64,000 nt of DNA, from NCBI GenBank assembly GCA_965198115.1, contig OZ240241.1, positions 1,312,001 to 1,376,000 of the forward strand. The letters are read 5' to 3'. The position numbers and the translations under genes were made by a program. This document shows, one piece after another, positions 63,640 to 64,000 of the stretch. The notes beneath the pieces are model-generated. The model was not told the origin of the DNA and made no database searches. It was given only the letters and a program-made list of their open reading frames with translations. The stretch is from Candidatus Latescibacterota bacterium (GTDB lineage Bacteria; Latescibacterota; UBA2968). Positions within the stretch are counted from its first letter, which is position 1; each line of letters opens with the position of its first letter.

Positions 63640-64000
63640 TCAGTTGTCAATGGTCAATGCCTGCCGTTCCCTCACCATCTCAAACCCTTCCAATAAATCG
63701 CGCGCAACGGTTCCCTGGCTTTGTCTCGGCGGATCGACGTCGAGCAAATGGCACAGTGTTGAACGACGTCCGCGGCGTGGATGTAACCGAGCGTTTCCGC
63801 GGGCCTCTCGTATCCCTGTTTCAGCCCGGGTCCAGCCAGCAAGAACGAGCCAAAGCTGGACGAGATGTCGCTCTGCGTCGGGACGAATCCTCCGTGATGG
63901 GCGCCGAATTCCTCGGGGGCACCCACGCAGCCGCCCCCGACGATGCCCCTCCACTGCCCGTAGTAACCTCTGACGTAGCCGTGATCCCACGCAAATATCA
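63640..64000 (-). CDS. C-terminal end of an alkaline phosphatase superfamily (phosphodiesterase-like) protein; partial, frameshift at ~63762
   Basis: GAHH...FLLAGPGLKQG...ADVV, then TLCHLLDVDPPRQSQG in the adjacent frame. Confidence 0.6.
   Translation of the reverse strand, partial: DICVGSRLRQRLLRAVEGHRRGRLRGCPRGIRRPSRRIRPDAERHLVQLWLVLAGWTRAETGIREARGNARLHPRRGRRSTLCHLLDVDPPRQSQGTVARDLLEGFEMVRERQALTIDN

Noticed and set aside
55972-63660. Heptamer runs (ACCGCCG-like at ~55974, TGGTCAA-like at ~63630)
   Set aside because: Only 4-5 degenerate units each, so these are common low-complexity intergenic repeats with no array structure.
1-64000. tRNA, rRNA, tmRNA, group II intron or retron genes
   Set aside because: I recognised no cloverleaf or rRNA signature and no reverse transcriptase ORF. 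A covariance-model scan would be needed to exclude small RNAs.

Overview
GC-rich (~60%) bacterial chromosome segment. The gene content resembles Candidatus Latescibacterota/Poribacteria-type genomes, but that is inference only. The flanks (1-8 kb and 37-64 kb) hold metabolic and signalling genes: Gfo/Idh/MocA oxidoreductases, hydantoinase/oxoprolinase A+B, recQ, CitE-like lyase plus CoA-transferase, two PhyH dioxygenases, a sulfotransferase, a serine hydrolase, receiver/HisKA/HDOD proteins, a Tm-1-like + TIM-barrel pair and an FMN glutamate synthase. The centre (8.6-37.1 kb) is heavily eroded. It holds a surface-glycan modification locus (two carbamoyltransferases, FkbM, KdsB-like, radical SAM/SPASM, Wzz) and the remnant of an integrated element with a large serine recombinase. 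Eight IS elements with mappable ends occur across the window (IS256 x4, ISL3 x2, IS1182, IS200), several of them nested, plus two IS21 remnants. The most notable signal is a 73-aa ORF with its own strong RBS directly upstream of the serine recombinase. It repeats the recombinase catalytic N-terminus, conserved in protein but diverged at synonymous sites. No rRNA, tRNA or CRISPR array was seen. All protein calls come from motif recognition, not database searches.
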